Positions 62,151 to 64,000 of a stretch of DNA of 64,000 nucleotides are shown in pieces. The stretch is from Pseudomonadota bacterium (lineage in GTDB: Bacteria > Pseudomonadota > Alphaproteobacteria > Caulobacterales > Parvularculaceae). A program made the translations under genes and the position numbers. Under the pieces are notes generated by a model, which searched no databases, had not been told where the DNA came from, and saw only the letters and a list, made by a program, of their open reading frames with translations. Numbering within the stretch: the stretch's first letter is position 1; each line of letters opens with the position of its first letter. Location of the stretch: assembly GCA_039186325.1 (NCBI GenBank), contig JBCDAD010000002.1, forward strand, positions 50 to 64,049. Reading direction: 5' to 3'.

Positions 62151-63142
62151 GCGCTGCGCTGAAGGGTGAGTGCTTTATAGCTCGCGGTGAAGGGCTCAAG
62201 CCAGGCGGCTCTCAACGTCGGATGCGGTTGTGGGAGCGGCGCGCCTTTAGCGTCAGCAATGCCAAATTCCAGTGTCTCCAAACCATCCGGTATATAGAGC
62301 GTTCCGAACATCCAATCCCAGAGAGCGAAAACTTCGCCGTAGTTTTTGTCATGGTGCGCCGGCGCCCGGCTGTGATGAATCTGATGTTGTGCGGGGCTGA
62401 TCAGAATACGGCTGAGGACCGGCCCGTAAGACAGCCATATGTGCGAGTGCCGAAGATTTGAGCCGAGCCAATTGAACATGGCGTAGATCATGTTCACGCC
62501 TAAAATAGTCATGAAATCGATGACGCCAAAGGCTGCAAATACGAGGCCCTGAACCGGCGCGACGACCAGAGCGTCAGAGAGTGCACGGGTCAAATCATAG
62601 ACCGGATGTTTGCGCAGCAATGTGAACGGCGTCATCGTTTCTGCGCTGTGATGAACTCGATGGAACGGCCAGAGCACAGGATTTTCATGATGAATGCGGT
62701 GCACCCAGTATGTTGTAAAATCATTCGCCAGCGACAGTATTAAGGTCATCACCAGCAACGTGGCGAGGGCGGGCGCTTGCGTTTCCGATGGTATGAAATC
62801 GGGCCCCAGAATTGCGCCCGCGACGGTTGCGGCGATAATCGCGATCACGGTTCGGTTGGCGACGCCCAAAAACGGCGAGATTGTCCGGCCCGCTATGAGG
62901 ATTTTCAGATCGACCAGGCTCGATTGATGAAGCCAGACTTTCGGGTCGAAAACGAAACCGAGTATGGATTTTGAGCCGAGCCCGAGCTGCTTTCGGTTCA
63001 ATGCAACCAGGATCACTGCAGTGGCAAATGCAGCAACAAGGTACGGCGGATATAGACGAGACGTCGGCGCGGCGAGGGATGTAAGGCTTCCCCAAAACCC
63101 ATTGAAAAAGGAGAGAATGACGTCGACCATCCCCAATGTCAT
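62114..63142 (-). CDS. Sterol desaturase/fatty acid hydroxylase family membrane protein
   Basis: His boxes HRIHH, HRVHHS, HSH, HQIHH; KNYG..FALWDWMFGT. Confidence 0.88.
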   Translation of the reverse strand: MTLGMVDVILSFFNGFWGSLTSLAAPTSRLYPPYLVAAFATAVILVALNRKQLGLGSKSILGFVFDPKVWLHQSSLVDLKILIAGRTISPFLGVANRTVIAIIAATVAGAILGPDFIPSETQAPALATLLVMTLILSLANDFTTYWVHRIHHENPVLWPFHRVHHSAETMTPFTLLRKHPVYDLTRALSDALVVAPVQGLVFAAFGVIDFMTILGVNMIYAMFNWLGSNLRHSHIWLSYGPVLSRILISPAQHQIHHSRAPAHHDKNYGEVFALWDWMFGTLYIPDGLETLEFGIADAKGAPLPQPHPTLRAAWLEPFTASYKALTLQRSAHSRESRTPTIR

Positions 63143-63219
63143 ATCCGTCAGCCTTAAATGCTCTGTTAATCGGTGAAAGCTTGAAAATCCCGCAAAACTG
63201 GGGGATGAGTGCGGTTGCG

Positions 63220-63960
63220 ATGGTTAATCAATGGAAACGATATTTCGCTTGCGCGCAAAACGCAGGGTTGGTGGCGCTTTTGCTCCTCGCAGCGTCTTGC
63301 GGCGAGGACCGTCCAGCAGCGCCGGCAGTTGGCGAAGAGGCAGCGGTAACCGGGCCGGAATCTGAGGCGAGCCAGGACATTGACGTGTGGCTGGAACGTC
63401 TGGAAGTCGGCAGCCGCGAATTATACAGCGCCCGCGAAGCGGTTGTGGCGGCCGTCGGTTTGTCGGCGGGCGATGTCGTCGCGGACGTTGGCGCGGGCAC
63501 AGGTCTTTACACACTTCTTTTTTCCGAAGCTGTCGGCCCCGACGGAATTGTATACGCAGAAGATATTGAGCCGCTGTTTCTCGATCTCGTCAATCAGCGC
63601 GCCGCAGACATGGAACTTACCAATGTCACCGCCGTACTCGGGCGCGAGGATGACGTTACACTCCCAAATAATTCTGTAGACGTTGTTTTTATCGCTGACT
63701 CCTACCACTATTTCGATGATCGCGAAACCATCATGAAAAGCGTGCTTGACGCTTTAAAGCCGGGCGGGCGACTTGTCATGGTTGAATACGATATTGTTCA
63801 GGGAAAGCCCCGGCCGGAAGGTAAGGAGCACGTTAAATTCGGTAAGCCCGGCGTCATATCGGAAATCGAATTTGTCGGTTTTGAATTCTTGGACGAAACC
63901 GATGTTCCGGGCCTGAACGAGACGTATTTCGTAGTCTTTCGCAAGCCGCTTTCAGACTAG
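63220..63960 (+). CDS. Class I SAM-dependent methyltransferase with lipoprotein signal
   Basis: LLLAASC lipobox; VADVGAGTG, YHYF, LKPGGRL; start could be 63205 or 63220. Confidence 0.82.
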   Translation: MVNQWKRYFACAQNAGLVALLLLAASCGEDRPAAPAVGEEAAVTGPESEASQDIDVWLERLEVGSRELYSAREAVVAAVGLSAGDVVADVGAGTGLYTLLFSEAVGPDGIVYAEDIEPLFLDLVNQRAADMELTNVTAVLGREDDVTLPNNSVDVVFIADSYHYFDDRETIMKSVLDALKPGGRLVMVEYDIVQGKPRPEGKEHVKFGKPGVISEIEFVGFEFLDETDVPGLNETYFVVFRKPLSD

Positions 63961-64000
63961 AGCATTCTGAAGATTAGATGGTTCGGTATCCGCTGTTTTG

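Overview
A gene-dense core-chromosome segment of an alphaproteobacterium. Evidence for this is an alpha-type LexA box GTTC-N7-GTTC, CtrA-like TTAA-N7-TTAA sites, a VPLPA-CTERM protein, a lipoyl-fused PdhB and the order yfgM-bamB-der; a marine Parvularculaceae/Caulobacterales-like organism is an inference only. The window holds about 55 CDS: apt, der, lexA, trpCDG and trpE, upp, ppiD, tpiA, secG, pyrG, pdhB, pdhC, rplK-rplA, recJ, metC, sseA, cysK, mazG, ilvE and many hydrolases and envelope proteins. It also has four tRNAs (Glu-TTC, Pro-TGG, Arg-TCT, Arg-TCG). I saw no transposase, integrase, prophage or CRISPR array. The most notable observations are: (1) a tRNA-Arg(TCG), rare in Proteobacteria, that looks like an anticodon-switched copy of the adjacent tRNA-Arg(TCT); (2) a PadR-coupled ORF fusing a cut-down FtsW/RodA(SEDS)-like membrane domain to an esterase; (3) unannotated intergenic GC-rich hairpins that share an anti-Shine-Dalgarno-like UCCCC(C)AU loop (candidate sRNAs); (4) two tandem TadG/vWA paralogs whose Cys-rich inserts carry opposite charge; (5) a fused 2-oxoacid dehydrogenase E1 coupled to a FabD-like acyltransferase lacking the malonyl-binding Arg; (6) an orphan LeuD homolog that has lost its catalytic motif. 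All functional calls come from motifs recognised by eye; no searches or folding programs were run.
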